Positions 1-10,467 of a stretch of 64,000 nt of DNA are shown piece by piece (the first letter of the stretch is position 1; every line of letters starts with the position of its first letter). The stretch spans positions 232,173 to 296,172 of the forward strand of contig CAWJZV010000014.1 of the NCBI GenBank assembly GCA_963847445.1. The letters are read 5' to 3'. Under the pieces are notes generated by a model that worked only from the letters and a program-made list of their open reading frames with translations, made no database searches and was not told the DNA's origin. The translations under genes were made by a program, and so were the position numbers. Source of the DNA: an uncultured delta proteobacterium. GTDB lineage: Bacteria; Desulfobacterota; Binatia; UBA9968.

Positions 1-1
1 G

Positions 2-277
2 AATAACAAAATAACCGTCCCCTTCGAGGGCCAGATGAAAGGGGTTGCCGCTGCCTTCAATGGCGCCCTGGTGCAGATTGGTGCGTTGGCCGGCGACCGC
101 GACGAAGCCGCCGGGCCGGTCCTCCGGCGCCACCCGCTTAGCCAGCACCTCGCTGAAAGCCAAACGCTGTCCCTTGTAGCCCGCCGTGTTGATGTTGGCT
201 AAATCCTGCGACGCGGTTTCGAGCCGGCGCATCTCCACCACCGCGCCGGAGAGAGCTTTATACATCGCTGCTTCCAT
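2..277 (-). CDS. flgF: Flagellar basal-body rod protein FlgF/FlgG family, N-terminal part (runs off window)
   Basis: Manual translation MEAAMYKALSGAVVEMRRLETASQDLANINTAGYKGQR...GNPFHLALEGDGYFV carries the LANxNTxGYK rod motif; GAGG RBS upstream. Confidence 0.8.
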   Translation of the reverse strand, partial: MEAAMYKALSGAVVEMRRLETASQDLANINTAGYKGQRLAFSEVLAKRVAPEDRPGGFVAVAGQRTNLHQGAIEGSGNPFHLALEGDGYFVI

Positions 278-291
278 GTCAGTTACCTCAA

Positions 292-307
292 AGCAATCCG
301 CGTACCC
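292..307 (-). promoter_or_regulatory. Putative sigma54 (-24/-12) promoter of the rod gene
   Basis: Minus strand GGGTAC-GCGGA-TTGCT, GG-N10-GC spacing. Confidence 0.5.
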
Positions 308-328
308 TGACGCGGCAAACTGCGGTTT

Positions 329-928
329 CTAGGCATTGATGCCGCTAAAATGGTGTAACTCGTTTTCCCGTTTCGCCGCCTCGCTCGTCGCCTTGCGAAT
401 GACATCGACCAAGCGCATCGGATCGGCGGCATTTTTTTCCCTGGGGGCGGCAATTTTTGTCTGGGGCTGGCTCTCCCGCTTTGGACTTGGCTCCTCGCCG
501 CCTTTGCGCGCCGCCGGGCTTCGCTCTTTGATCGTCATCCGTTGCAGCTCACGGACGAGCTGGACCTGCGGTAAGGGCAGATTGAGCATCGACGCGACCC
601 GCTGCGGTTCCTGGCCATCGCCAAGCAGCAACGCGGCGGCGGCGTATTGCTCCTTTTTCTCCCCCCCCGGCTGCAACGTCAGCGCGCGCAGTCTTTGCTC
701 GGCGCTCTCGGCGCGGGTAAGCAAGGATTCGAGATTTTTTTGCACCAGCTGGAGGGATTGAAAAAAACTCGCGTTGCTCAGCTCGGCCGCGCGCAGCACG
801 TCTTCCAGTTGCGCGACACTGTCGTTTTTCATCTCGACACCGGCTTTGCGCCGGCGCCATTTGAGGGCGCATAAAGCCACCAGACCCAAACTGAGAACCG
901 CGCTGACAAATATCATCATGTCCGTCAT
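329..928 (-). CDS. Membrane-anchored coiled-coil protein with C-terminal HTH-like (DUF2802-like) domain, paralog 2
   Basis: Internal ATG at 928 with AGGAG RBS; N-terminal TM, coiled coil, YAAAALLLGDGQEPQRVASMLNLPLPQVQLV. Confidence 0.6.
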   Translation of the reverse strand: MTDMMIFVSAVLSLGLVALCALKWRRRKAGVEMKNDSVAQLEDVLRAAELSNASFFQSLQLVQKNLESLLTRAESAEQRLRALTLQPGGEKKEQYAAAALLLGDGQEPQRVASMLNLPLPQVQLVRELQRMTIKERSPAARKGGEEPSPKRESQPQTKIAAPREKNAADPMRLVDVIRKATSEAAKRENELHHFSGINA

Positions 929-1009
929 GATTGGACTCCTTTCAAGTTTGAGCGCCCCGGCCGACTGGCCGAAGCGCGCCTGAGAGTTGTTGTTGCCATA
1001 GGATGCCTG

Positions 1010-1562
1010 CGTGATTACGCCGGCGCCGTTAAGCGCGTGCGCCGGCTCAACGATGTCGGTGAGCAGTACCGGCTGGGGTCTCGCTTTGGCCGAGCGCGTC
1101 AGGGCTTTTCTTTTTGCCGTTCTTGCCGGCTGCGGCGGCTCGACCTCGGGATTCGTCTTTACGCCGGTGCCGAGGATTCTTCTGAGGTCGCCAATCATCT
1201 CCACTTGGGCAAGCGGCAAGCCGAGCACGCCGGCGATCCGGTCGCCGTCAAGTCCGGCGGCGAACAGCAGCGCCGCCGCCTCGTAGTGTTGCCGGCGCTC
1301 CGGCAGCGGCGCTGCCATGAGACTATCGAGCTTGCGCTCGACCGCCGTCGTGCGCTGGTCCAACGAAGATAAACTATCGTGCAGCTTCTCCAAGCCATTC
1401 AAGCAGGTCTGCTGCGTCTAGAGCCGCAAGCCGCGCCGGTTCCTCCCCTCGCTGAGGCTCCACAGCGCCGCGCTTTTGCGCCGCGGCGCGCTGGCGCCTG
1501 AACAACAAGACGATCGCCGCCAGTAACAACCCCGCTGAAAGTTCGACAATGATTATTTCCAT
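1010..1562 (-). CDS. Membrane-anchored DUF2802-like protein, paralog 1 (frameshift near 1400; 3' end approximate)
   Basis: MEIIIVELSAGLLLAAIVLLF TM with AAGGAG RBS, continues in another frame into YEAAALLFAAGLDGDRIAGVLGLPLAQVEMI. Confidence 0.5.
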
Positions 1563-1604
1563 ACGGTTCTCCTTCTTCTTGACTGCTTCATGGGCGTTTC
1601 GCAC

Positions 1605-1820
1605 TCAAACACTAATGTCGAGATGCTTACCTTTATCCTTTGTTGCGTCGTCTGGCTCCGCGCCTGGCTCTTCACTGTGATTCTCAGGCGCATCGGCGCC
1701 GCCATGATGAGGCTTGCGTCTCTCCGCGCCCGACTTTTCTTTCGGGCGTTCCCTGCCAACCTGCCGTCCACGATCGACGGACACCGAAGGGGGAACGATC
1801 CGATTGATCGAATCTGCCAT
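1605..1820 (-). CDS. Small charged hypothetical protein ending KGKHLDISV
   Basis: 71-aa ORF directly downstream of fliA; C-terminal GxxLDIxV motif as seen in small flagellar-regulon proteins. Confidence 0.55.
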   Translation of the reverse strand: MADSINRIVPPSVSVDRGRQVGRERPKEKSGAERRKPHHGGADAPENHSEEPGAEPDDATKDKGKHLDISV

Positions 1821-1881
1821 GGCCGCCAGCAAAAAAAGTTGCGACTTCCTAAGCCATTGTTCGCGGTTCGCCAGCCCATCC

Positions 1882-2712
1882 TTAAACGCGAACCGGTTTC
1901 ACCGCACTCGGCGCTTTGCGCGTCTCGGCGCCGCGCTTGCCGCCTGGTTTGGGTTTCACGGCGATACCCAGGGCCGTGCGCAAGCGTCCCACCGTTTGAG
2001 CGAAAATTTGACAGATACGTCCCTCGCTCAGATTCAAGATCTCGCCGATTTCCTTAAGCGTCAGTTCTTCGTAATAATACAGCGTGATCACCAGCCGTTC
2101 GCGTTCCGGCAAACCCTTGACGGCGCTGCCGAGCTTGTCGATGAGATCCTTGCTTTCGACCAATGTCAGCGGATCGAAATCGAGATTCTGGATACTTTCA
2201 CGACGGCTGCCTTCGCGCTCGTTGGCTGAGCCCATCGACAGATCTTCCAGACTGAGCAGCGTCGCATCGTTGAGCTGTTGGTCGAGGCGATAATAATTAT
2301 CCAGCGGGATCGCCAACTCGTTAGCCATCTCATCGGCGGTCGGCTCGCGCACCAGCTGGCCGGCCAACTTGACCCGTGCCGATTCCATCTTGCGGCCCCA
2401 GGAGCGTACCGAGCGGCTCACCCAATCGAGGGAGCGCAAGCATTGCATCACTTCGCCCTGGATGCGGTAGCGGGCATAGACTTCGAATTCGACGCCGCGC
2501 TTGGGATCGAACCGGTCGAGCGCCTCCAACAGGCCGATGACCCCGGAGTGCACCAGCGATTCGAGGTCGACGCCGGGCGGCAAGCGCCGGTGCACTTTCT
2601 CGGCGACAAAGCGCGCCAGCGGCAGATACTGGGCGATCATCGCTTCCTTCGCTGGATCCAGTTCGGGCCGGCCGGAGCGTGCCGGCGATCTGGTTTTGGC
2701 CGCCTGCATCAT
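1882..2712 (-). CDS. fliA: RNA polymerase sigma-28 factor FliA/WhiG
   Basis: GLLEALDRFDPKRGVEF, LRSLDWVSRSVR, LYYYEELTLKEIGEILNLSEGRICQI. Confidence 0.95.
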   Translation of the reverse strand: MMQAAKTRSPARSGRPELDPAKEAMIAQYLPLARFVAEKVHRRLPPGVDLESLVHSGVIGLLEALDRFDPKRGVEFEVYARYRIQGEVMQCLRSLDWVSRSVRSWGRKMESARVKLAGQLVREPTADEMANELAIPLDNYYRLDQQLNDATLLSLEDLSMGSANEREGSRRESIQNLDFDPLTLVESKDLIDKLGSAVKGLPERERLVITLYYYEELTLKEIGEILNLSEGRICQIFAQTVGRLRTALGIAVKPKPGGKRGAETRKAPSAVKPVRV

Positions 2713-3596
2713 AAGGCGACCTCCGCTTCGAGCATACGGCGAAAGAAAAATTGCATATTGCCTTTGACCTTGCTGCGACCGGCCATCCGCATAAATTGCT
2801 CGGCCAGCGTGGCAAACGCCCGGCTTGACGGCGCATCCGGCGCCTCCGTCACCACCGTGCGCGCCTGCGCCATGGCGCGCAGCAGTTGCGGATCGCGCGG
2901 GATCCAGCCAAGAAAGTCGAGCGAGGCATTGAGAAAGCGCAGCGCCGTGCCCGACAAGGTGTCGAACAAGCGCCGTGCCTGGGCTTGGTCAGCAACGTTG
3001 TTGGCGAGAATGGCAAAACGTTTTCGTCCATGCGCCGAGACCAATATCTTAATCAAAGCGTAGGCGTCGGTGATCGAGGCGAGCTCCGGGGTGACCACCA
3101 CGACGATTTCTTGCGCCGCGCTGGTAAAATAAGTCACCGCGTCGGAAATACCGCTGCCGGTATCGACCAGCACGAGATCGAGGTCATCGGTCATGACATC
3201 CAATTCGGTCAACAGGGAATTTTTTTGATCGCGGCTCAAAGTCGTGATTTCCGCCACGCCGCTGGCGCCGGGCAGGAGCAAGATACCGTCGCGGTTGGCG
3301 ACGACGATTTCGTCGAGGGCCGAGGCGCCGGAGAAAAAGTCCGCCAAGGTATGCGCCGGGTTGACCCCGAGAAACAAATCCAGGTTGGCGAGGCCGAGGT
3401 CGGCGTCGATCGCCATGACCCGTCTTTTTGAGCGCGCCAGCGCAGTCGCCAGATTGGCGACCACGTTGGTTTTGCCGACCCCGCCCTTGCCGCTGGTTAC
3501 GGCAAACACCGGCGCCGGCGACAATTTAGCCCGCGCAACCCGCGGGCGCGGCGCGCTATAGGGCGCTGGCTTGTCAACCGCTACGGATTCAATCAT
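2709..3596 (-). CDS. flhG: MinD-like flagellar number regulator FlhG/FleN
   Basis: SGKGGVGKT deviant Walker A, DADLGLANLD, SITDAYALIK; lies between flhF and fliA. Confidence 0.93.
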   Translation of the reverse strand: MIESVAVDKPAPYSAPRPRVARAKLSPAPVFAVTSGKGGVGKTNVVANLATALARSKRRVMAIDADLGLANLDLFLGVNPAHTLADFFSGASALDEIVVANRDGILLLPGASGVAEITTLSRDQKNSLLTELDVMTDDLDLVLVDTGSGISDAVTYFTSAAQEIVVVVTPELASITDAYALIKILVSAHGRKRFAILANNVADQAQARRLFDTLSGTALRFLNASLDFLGWIPRDPQLLRAMAQARTVVTEAPDAPSSRAFATLAEQFMRMAGRSKVKGNMQFFFRRMLEAEVAL

Positions 3597-4635
3597 CGGT
3601 TTCGACTCCCGTCAGTAATAAACTGGCAAACACTTGCGGCCGAGCGACCACCAGATCGCCGGCAAGATTCTGTCCCAAGCTCAAGTAAGAAACCGGCAGC
3701 CCGGCGTTAAGCGCCGTGCTCACCACCGGCCCGAAATAGCGGCACTCATCGAGTTTAGTGAAAAATAGCGATTGCGCCCCCAACGGACGCAAGCGCGACG
3801 TCCAATCGGCGAGATCCTTGTCAGGGGTCACGGCGCTAAACACTAAAGTGCGGCGCACCTCGGCCAAACCGTGCAACGATTTGGCCAGTGCTTTGACGCT
3901 CAGGGCATCGCGCGGATTGATACCGGGGGTATCGATCAGCACGAGCACACAATCGCTCAAGCGCTCGAGTGCCTCCTTGAGGGTTTTGCGATCCACCGCG
4001 CGCTGATAGGGCACGCAAAGAATGGCGGCATAGGCAGCGAGCGGATCGCTGCCGGCGAGACTGCGGTGATCCATGCCGATCCAGCCCACCGAACGTCTTT
4101 GGTCCTGCAATGCCGCAACCGTGAGTTTGATCAGACTCGAGGTTTTACCGGTGCCGGTGGGGCCAACCAGGGCCAAGCGGTCGCGTCCGGCGGCGATTTC
4201 GCCGCCAGTAGCAATCAGTTGGGCAATCGCCTGATACCAGCGTTCGCGCGGGTCGCCGCCAGCGACCTGTTGCATGGTCTCGGTCAGTTTACCGATCAGT
4301 TCCATGGTCAAGCCATGGGCTAACAAAGTGTTGACGATCTGGTCTTGATGATTGAGTCCCGGCGCCAGCCAAGCGAGTATCGACTTCAAGCCGGCGAGCT
4401 CGTGGCGCAGCTCCGCGATCGGGTACGCCGGGCTGGCCAGTGCGTCCGCTGCCGGCTCGGCGACGCTGTCGGCTGGCGCCACCGGTCCATCGGCCAGCGC
4501 GGTGATCTCGACACCGCCGCCCTGGTCTTTGGGCACATTTCTGGTGTCGCTGATCAGCGCGTCGGCGCCGAGCGAACCGCGCACGGCGCGCAACGCCTCA
4601 CCCATGTCTCGGCCCCAAAATCGTCTAGGAGTCAT
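3589..4635 (-). CDS. flhF: SRP-family GTPase FlhF
   Basis: N-terminus MGEALRAVRGSLGADALI, GPTGTGKT, DTPG, TKLDE, GQ motifs. Confidence 0.9.
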   Translation of the reverse strand: MTPRRFWGRDMGEALRAVRGSLGADALISDTRNVPKDQGGGVEITALADGPVAPADSVAEPAADALASPAYPIAELRHELAGLKSILAWLAPGLNHQDQIVNTLLAHGLTMELIGKLTETMQQVAGGDPRERWYQAIAQLIATGGEIAAGRDRLALVGPTGTGKTSSLIKLTVAALQDQRRSVGWIGMDHRSLAGSDPLAAYAAILCVPYQRAVDRKTLKEALERLSDCVLVLIDTPGINPRDALSVKALAKSLHGLAEVRRTLVFSAVTPDKDLADWTSRLRPLGAQSLFFTKLDECRYFGPVVSTALNAGLPVSYLSLGQNLAGDLVVARPQVFASLLLTGVETDD

Positions 4636-6694
4636 CGCCCCACCTGATGATGCCCAGGGATTGGATCTTGACGCCGGCGGCAATTTCGTTATGCGACAAG
4701 ACCGCGACCTGGGGCATGTAATGGCTGATCAATTGGCGCAAATGACGGCGCACGTTGGTGCCGGCGAGAAACACCGGCAACTGGCCGCGCTTGGTAAAAC
4801 TCTCCACCGAGCGCTGCACCGCGGTCATGATGCGCTGGGCCGCCTGGGGTTCGAGGGAGAGCCCATCTTGGTGGCGCTCGCGAATCATCCGCTCGATGTG
4901 GGCATCGAAAGTCATCACCGGTATCAGCCCCTCGGGGCTGCGATACGCCGAGGTGATCGTGCGCGCCAGCGCCTGGCGCACATGCTCGGTCAGCTCATCG
5001 GTGTCTTTGATCGTCGGCGCGTAATCGGCCAGGGTTTCGACGACCGACAACAAATCGCGGATCGGCACCTCTTCGCGCAGCAAATTTTGTAAAACTTTTT
5101 GCACGCCGCCCAAGGTCAGGTGATGGGGAATCAGTTCTTCGACGACTTTGGGATTTTCCCTGGCTAGGCCGTCGAGTAACCGTTGCACGTCCTGGCGAGT
5201 CAGCAGTTCGGGCGCGTAGCGTTTGACCAATTCGGAAATATGCGTGATCAGCACGGTCTCCGGGTCGACCACGGTGTAGCCCAAAGTTTCCGCCCGCTCC
5301 CGGTCGTTGGTGGAAATCCACAGCGCCGGCAGACCAAAAGCCGGTTCTTGGGTTGCCTCGCCGAGCAAATCGTCGGCGCTGTGGGCCGCGCCGCTGGCGT
5401 TCATGGCTAGTAACCGCGACGGCTTTAACTCGCCCTTGCCGGCCTCGACACCCTTGATCAAGATTACGTATTGTTTGCTGGTCAAACGGAGATTGTCGCG
5501 GATATGGATCTGCGGCACGACAAAACCCTTGTCGCTTAAGAACTGGCGCCGCAGCGCGCGAATCCGTTCCACCACCGCGCCGTGTTCGCTGTCGACCAGC
5601 GGGATCAATTCGTAACCGACTTCGAGTTCGATCAGATCCACCGATTGCGGCCGGGCCGGTTCGTCGGCTTTGTCGCCCGCCGGCTTGGCCTCGGCAATCG
5701 TCTCCAGCGGTTCGAGGCCGTCCTGCTGCGACATGTAATAAGCCGCGCCGCCCACCGCCGCGGCGGCGAGAAAAAATGGCATCGCCGGAAAGCCGGGGAC
5801 AAAGATAAACAGCGCCAGCACCACCGCGACCACGGCCAGCGCTCTGGGATTCCACAGCAGCTGCTTGACGATTTCCACGCCGAGTTCGCCGCCCGACGAC
5901 GTGCGCGTCACCACCATGCCGGCGGCGGTGGAGACGATCAGCGCCGGGATCTGGCTGACCAAACCATCACCGATACTGAGCAAGCTATAGAGTTGCGCGG
6001 CGTCTCCCGCGGTCATGCCCTTCTGCATGACACCGACAAAAAAGCCGCCCAACAGATTGACCGCGAGAATAATCAAACCGGCAACCGCGTCGCCGCGCAC
6101 GAACTTGGACGCGCCGTCCATGGCGCCGTAGAAATCGGCTTCTTTTTGCGTCCGCAGGCGGCGCTGGCGCGCTTCGGTTTCATTGATCAGGCCGGCATTC
6201 AGATCGGCGTCGATGGCCATCTGCTTGCCGGGCATGGCGTCGAGGGTGAAGCGCGCCGCCACTTCGGCGATGCGCGTCGCGCCTTTGGTGATGACCACGA
6301 AGTTGATGATGACCAGAATCGCGAAGACGATGAAACCGACGGCATAGTTGCCGGCGACGACGAACTGGCCGAAGGCTTCGATGACATGGCCGGCAGCCGC
6401 CGTGCCCTCTTCGCCGCGCAGCAGAATCAAGCGGGTGGAGGCGACGTTAAGCGATAGCCGCAACAGCGTGCTGAATAACAGCACCGTCGGAAAGGCGGCA
6501 AAATCGAGCGCTTCTTTGACGTAAAGCGAGACGATCAATATGGTCAAGGACAAGGCGATGCTCATGACCAGCGATAGGTCGAGGAGAAAGGCCGGCACCG
6601 GCAGCACCATCATGACGATGACGCCGGTGAGGCCCACGGCGGGCATCAATTCCGTGGCGCGAGCGAGATTGGACGTGGGAACAACGTTGGACAT
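4625..6694 (-). CDS. flhA: Flagellar export protein FlhA
   Basis: RIAEVAARFTLDAMPGKQMAIDADLNAG, FYGAMDGASKFVRGDA. Confidence 0.98.
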   Translation of the reverse strand: MSNVVPTSNLARATELMPAVGLTGVIVMMVLPVPAFLLDLSLVMSIALSLTILIVSLYVKEALDFAAFPTVLLFSTLLRLSLNVASTRLILLRGEEGTAAAGHVIEAFGQFVVAGNYAVGFIVFAILVIINFVVITKGATRIAEVAARFTLDAMPGKQMAIDADLNAGLINETEARQRRLRTQKEADFYGAMDGASKFVRGDAVAGLIILAVNLLGGFFVGVMQKGMTAGDAAQLYSLLSIGDGLVSQIPALIVSTAAGMVVTRTSSGGELGVEIVKQLLWNPRALAVVAVVLALFIFVPGFPAMPFFLAAAAVGGAAYYMSQQDGLEPLETIAEAKPAGDKADEPARPQSVDLIELEVGYELIPLVDSEHGAVVERIRALRRQFLSDKGFVVPQIHIRDNLRLTSKQYVILIKGVEAGKGELKPSRLLAMNASGAAHSADDLLGEATQEPAFGLPALWISTNDRERAETLGYTVVDPETVLITHISELVKRYAPELLTRQDVQRLLDGLARENPKVVEELIPHHLTLGGVQKVLQNLLREEVPIRDLLSVVETLADYAPTIKDTDELTEHVRQALARTITSAYRSPEGLIPVMTFDAHIERMIRERHQDGLSLEPQAAQRIMTAVQRSVESFTKRGQLPVFLAGTNVRRHLRQLISHYMPQVAVLSHNEIAAGVKIQSLGIIRWGDDS

Positions 6695-6708
6695 CAAAAT
6701 TCGTATCC

Positions 6709-7816
6709 TTAGGCGCGCGGCGCAGTAGCTTTCGGCGCCGCTGCGCGATTGCGCAGGCCGTAAACATAGGCCAGGACTTCCGCCACGGCACGGTACAGGG
6801 CTTCCGGAATATCCCGGCCCACTTCGACTTGGCTATAGAGCAAACGCGCCAAGGGTTTGTTTTCGACGATGGGAATACCGTTGGTGCGGGCGATTTCGCG
6901 GATTTTTTCGGCGATGAAGCCGGCGCCCTTGCCGAGCACCCGCGGCGCCGCCATCTCGCCGACACGGTAGCGCAGGGCCACCGCTAGATGCGTCGGGTTG
7001 GTGATGATCACGTCGGCTTTGGCCACGTCGGCGGTCATGCGCTTGCCGAAAAATTTCTGGCGCAGTCCTTTGAGGCGCCCCTTCAACTGCGGATCGCCTT
7101 CCTGCTCGCGCATTTCTTCTTTGATCTGCTGTTGGCTCATGCGCAGCTGCACCGATGTGCGCCAGCGCTGAAACAGGTAATCCAAGCCGGCGATGACCAG
7201 CGTCGCGCCGACGATCCAACCCGCCAGTTTCGCGCTTTCACGCCTGGCGAAGGCAAAGATGTCCGGGACGCTAAGACCGACCAGCGCCGCCAGCTCCGGC
7301 AGATCGGCACTGAGGGCTAAACCGCCGAGCAAACCGATGCCGGCGATGATCGCCATCGACTTGATACAGTCCGACAAAGTATCGACGCTGAATAACCGGC
7401 CAAAACCTTGCACTGGATTGATGCGGCTAAAGTCGACACGCAAAGGGTCGGCGGCGAGTACCAAACCGCTCTGCAAAAAGCCGCCGCCCACGCCAACCAG
7501 CATGACCCCGGCGAGCACCGGCGCGAGGGTGGGGAGAAGCAGCCACGCCGCCTTGCCACCGAGTTCGGCGGCATCGGCCGCGGCCAATGGCTGAGACCTG
7601 CCAGCGGCTGCGAAAAATCCGACAAAGCAGCGTTGCAAACCGATCGTCAACTCTTCGCCGGCGAAACCGCAGGCCGGCGACGATGGCGCCCAACGTTACC
7701 GCGGGAATCAGATAGCGCGAGCGGGCGAACTGGCCCTTGCCATGGGCCTCTTCCCGCCGTTTGGGCGTGGCCTCTTGGTTTTTTTCGAGAGTATCGTCGG
7801 ACGATTGTTCAGCCAT
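6709..7816 (-). CDS. flhB: Flagellar export protein FlhB (frameshift near 7660)
   Basis: EKNQEATPKRREEAHGKGQFARS N-terminus in one frame; EGDP and NPTH autocleavage motif in the next. Confidence 0.93.
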
Positions 7817-7852
7817 AAATAAATTCTTGCGGAGATTTTATCCTGCGAAGCT

Positions 7853-8632
7853 TCAGCCGACCCCGCCGGGCACTCCGATCGTCAGCGGTATTTGGCGCGC
7901 GATAAACCACACCACTGCCGGCAAGGAGAGTACGAGCAGCAGCATGGCGAAACCGAACTGCACCGGCTGCGCCACCATGAACACGTTCATTTGCGGAATC
8001 GCCCGGCTGATGATGCCCAAGACGATGTCGGTCAGGAGCAAACCGATGAGCACCGGCGCGCTGATGCGCAAGGCGATGGTGAAGATCTCGCCGGCGGAGT
8101 TAACCAGCCCGGCGGCGACGCGAACCATAAACTTTTCGCCGGCGAGTGGGAAAACGGTATAGCTCGAGGCCAGCGCTTGAATCAACAAATGGTGGCCGTT
8201 CACGGCGAAGAAAATCATCCCGGCGATCAATTCGAGGAACGCCGAAAAGACCCCGGTCTGGCCGCCTTCATGGGGATCGAACAGCTGGATCAAACCAAGA
8301 CCGGATTTGCTCTCGATCGCCTGGCCGGCCAAACGCACGCCGGCGAATAACATTTGTGCCAACCAGCCCAGCATCAAGCCCAAAAAGATTTCCCCAGCCA
8401 AAGCCATGAACAAAGACAAGAGCGACAAATCGGTGGGCAACGCTCCGGCTTTGGCCAAAGGATAGATCGCCACGGCCAAGACGATGGCGACCCAAATTCG
8501 CACCGCCACGGGCACCATATGGCTGCCCCAGAACGGCGCGCCCAAGATCACTCCCATGGCGCGGCCAAAGATCAACAGGAAGGTGACGACTTCGAGCCAG
8601 TGCTGACTAATCAGTTGGGCCAGGGATGTCAT
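7853..8632 (-). CDS. fliR: Flagellar export protein FliR
   Basis: Hydrophobic; FFAVNGHHLLIQAL, GIISRAIPQMNVF. Confidence 0.93.
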   Translation of the reverse strand: MTSLAQLISQHWLEVVTFLLIFGRAMGVILGAPFWGSHMVPVAVRIWVAIVLAVAIYPLAKAGALPTDLSLLSLFMALAGEIFLGLMLGWLAQMLFAGVRLAGQAIESKSGLGLIQLFDPHEGGQTGVFSAFLELIAGMIFFAVNGHHLLIQALASSYTVFPLAGEKFMVRVAAGLVNSAGEIFTIALRISAPVLIGLLLTDIVLGIISRAIPQMNVFMVAQPVQFGFAMLLLVLSLPAVVWFIARQIPLTIGVPGGVG

Positions 8633-8669
8633 AGTGTAAGTTCAGTCACAGGCGTTAAAATCGCGGCCT

Positions 8670-8939
8670 TCAGCCGATCATGGTCGGCAGGCGCAGAATA
8701 ATTTGCCGGGTAAAATCCAGATACATTTGCAGCATCCACGAGCCGAATAAAACCAGCGCCAACACCGTCGCCACCGCTTTGGGCACGAACACCAAGGTCA
8801 TGTCGTTGATCTGCGTGGTCGCCTGAAAAATGCTCACCGCGACACCGGCGATCAGGCCGAACAGGAGCGTCGGCGCGCACACCATGGCGGCCACTTGCAG
8901 GGAGTTGCGCAAAATATCGATGAGTCCTTCCGGGGTCAT
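8670..8939 (-). CDS. fliQ: Flagellar export protein FliQ
   Basis: VSIFQATTQINDMTLVFVPK. Confidence 0.95.
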   Translation of the reverse strand: MTPEGLIDILRNSLQVAAMVCAPTLLFGLIAGVAVSIFQATTQINDMTLVFVPKAVATVLALVLFGSWMLQMYLDFTRQIILRLPTMIG

Positions 8940-9607
8940 ACAAAGCTCCGCACCAGCGAACCAACCAACAGGTTCCAACCGTCGACCAAAACAAAGAGAA
9001 CCAATTTAAACGGCAGGGAGACCAACACCGGCGGGAGAAACATCATGCCCATGGACATCAGGATCGATGCGACCACGAGATCCAAAATGAGAAACGGCAC
9101 GTAAATCAAAAACGCCATCTGAAAGGCGGTCTTGAGTTCGGAGATGACGAACGCCGGAATCACGCTACTGGCCGGCACCTGCGCCGGGTCGACTTCCTGG
9201 TTGCCGGCGATCTCGGTGAACAACGCCAGATCGGCCTTGCGGGTCTGCTTGAACAAGAACTCGCGCAACGGCGCCCAGGCGCGCTCGAGGGCCGCCTGCG
9301 GTTGAATTTCCTTGTTGTAATAAGGCGTCACCGCCTCGGCATCGATCTTCTGCCACACCGGCGCCATGACATGAAATGAGACGAACAAGGAGAGGGCGAT
9401 AATGATTTGATTGGACGGTGATTGCTGCGTGCCCATGGCTTGGCGCAGAAACGACAGCACGATGACGATGCGGGTAAACGAAGTGAGCGTGACCAGAATG
9501 AGGGGTCCGAGAGAAAGCACGGTCAGGAGAATCATGATCTCCATGGCCGCGGACATCTCCGTGCCCTTGATCGGACCGGTCAAAAGCGCGAAAGCGGATG
9601 GGTTCAT
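8936..9607 (-). CDS. fliP: Flagellar export protein FliP
   Basis: TSFTRIVIVLSFLRQAMGTQQSP, PAFVISELKTAFQ, SLPFKLVLFVLVDGW. Confidence 0.97.
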   Translation of the reverse strand: MNPSAFALLTGPIKGTEMSAAMEIMILLTVLSLGPLILVTLTSFTRIVIVLSFLRQAMGTQQSPSNQIIIALSLFVSFHVMAPVWQKIDAEAVTPYYNKEIQPQAALERAWAPLREFLFKQTRKADLALFTEIAGNQEVDPAQVPASSVIPAFVISELKTAFQMAFLIYVPFLILDLVVASILMSMGMMFLPPVLVSLPFKLVLFVLVDGWNLLVGSLVRSFV

Positions 9608-9909
9608 GGTGTGCCCAGCTCGCGCGGCTGCACCGGCGCCGGCGCCCCTACTGCGGCGGCGCTCCCTTTGGTCAGCAGGGTAATGCTCTGCGGCGTAATC
9701 CCCAAAAGCAGCGTCTCCCCCTGCAAGCGCACTAGCGCCAGCGACGATTGCGCCGTCAACGGCAGGCTGCCGAGATGCTCAAGCGCGTTGCCCAAGTTGC
9801 CGCGCCGGCGTAGTGCCGGCACCAGCCGCTGCAACAACGCAGCGTAGCCCGACAACCCACCCCCATCCTGGCGTCCCTGGAGAGAATTCTTGGAACTAAA
9901 TGGAAACAC
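9604..9909 (-). CDS. fliO: FliO-like protein (short)
   Basis: Upstream of fliP; LPLTAQSSLALVRLQGETLLLGITPQSITLL beta-domain signature. Confidence 0.7.
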   Translation of the reverse strand: MFPFSSKNSLQGRQDGGGLSGYAALLQRLVPALRRRGNLGNALEHLGSLPLTAQSSLALVRLQGETLLLGITPQSITLLTKGSAAAVGAPAPVQPRELGTP

Positions 9910-9917
9910 GCAAACTC

Positions 9918-10436
9918 CTATTGGATGAGAAATTCCTTGAAATAGACATTGGTCACGAGCTGATCGTCGTCGATCGCCTCGGCGATCAGTTTTTGAAGTT
10001 CATCGCGCAGCTTGTTTTTGCCTGCAGGGTCGCCCAGTTCCTCAGCCTTTCGTTCGGAGAGATACATGATCACCGCGTGGCGAATCTTACCGGACAGCTC
10101 CTTGATCTTTTCCTTGTCATGCTCGTCCTTGATGCCGAGGCTCAACAGGGTGCGCAGATAGCGCGGCGCGCCGGCGCCGGCGAGATTCACGACGAAGACA
10201 TCGAGATCGGCGCCGGCTTCACGCGCATGCTCATCCTTCTTGCCGGCCTTTTTCTTCTTGTCCTTTTTTTCCCCGCCTGCTTTTTCTTCCTCGCCCTCTG
10301 CCTTGGCATGCTCGGCGTCTTTGTCCTGCGGGCGAATTGCTGCGGGCAACAGATCGGGCTTGAGAAAATACACTGCCGCGCCGCCGCCGCCGAGCAGTAC
10401 CAGGACTCCTACAGCTATGATGATGATTTTTTTCAT
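9918..10436 (-). CDS. fliL: Flagellar basal-body protein FliL
   Basis: N-terminal TM; FVVNLA, YL, GKNKLRDEL, VYFKEFLIQ C-terminus. Confidence 0.92.
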   Translation of the reverse strand: MKKIIIIAVGVLVLLGGGGAAVYFLKPDLLPAAIRPQDKDAEHAKAEGEEEKAGGEKKDKKKKAGKKDEHAREAGADLDVFVVNLAGAGAPRYLRTLLSLGIKDEHDKEKIKELSGKIRHAVIMYLSERKAEELGDPAGKNKLRDELQKLIAEAIDDDQLVTNVYFKEFLIQ

Positions 10437-10467
10437 GGCCTTGTCTCGCTGCTGATGACAGTAACTC

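Noticed and set aside
329-1402. Single 357-aa protein
   Set aside because: Internal RBS and ATG with a new TM at 928 plus a duplicated domain indicate two genes
7640-7680. Programmed frameshift in flhB
   Set aside because: No slippery heptamer, and the window has many similar indels
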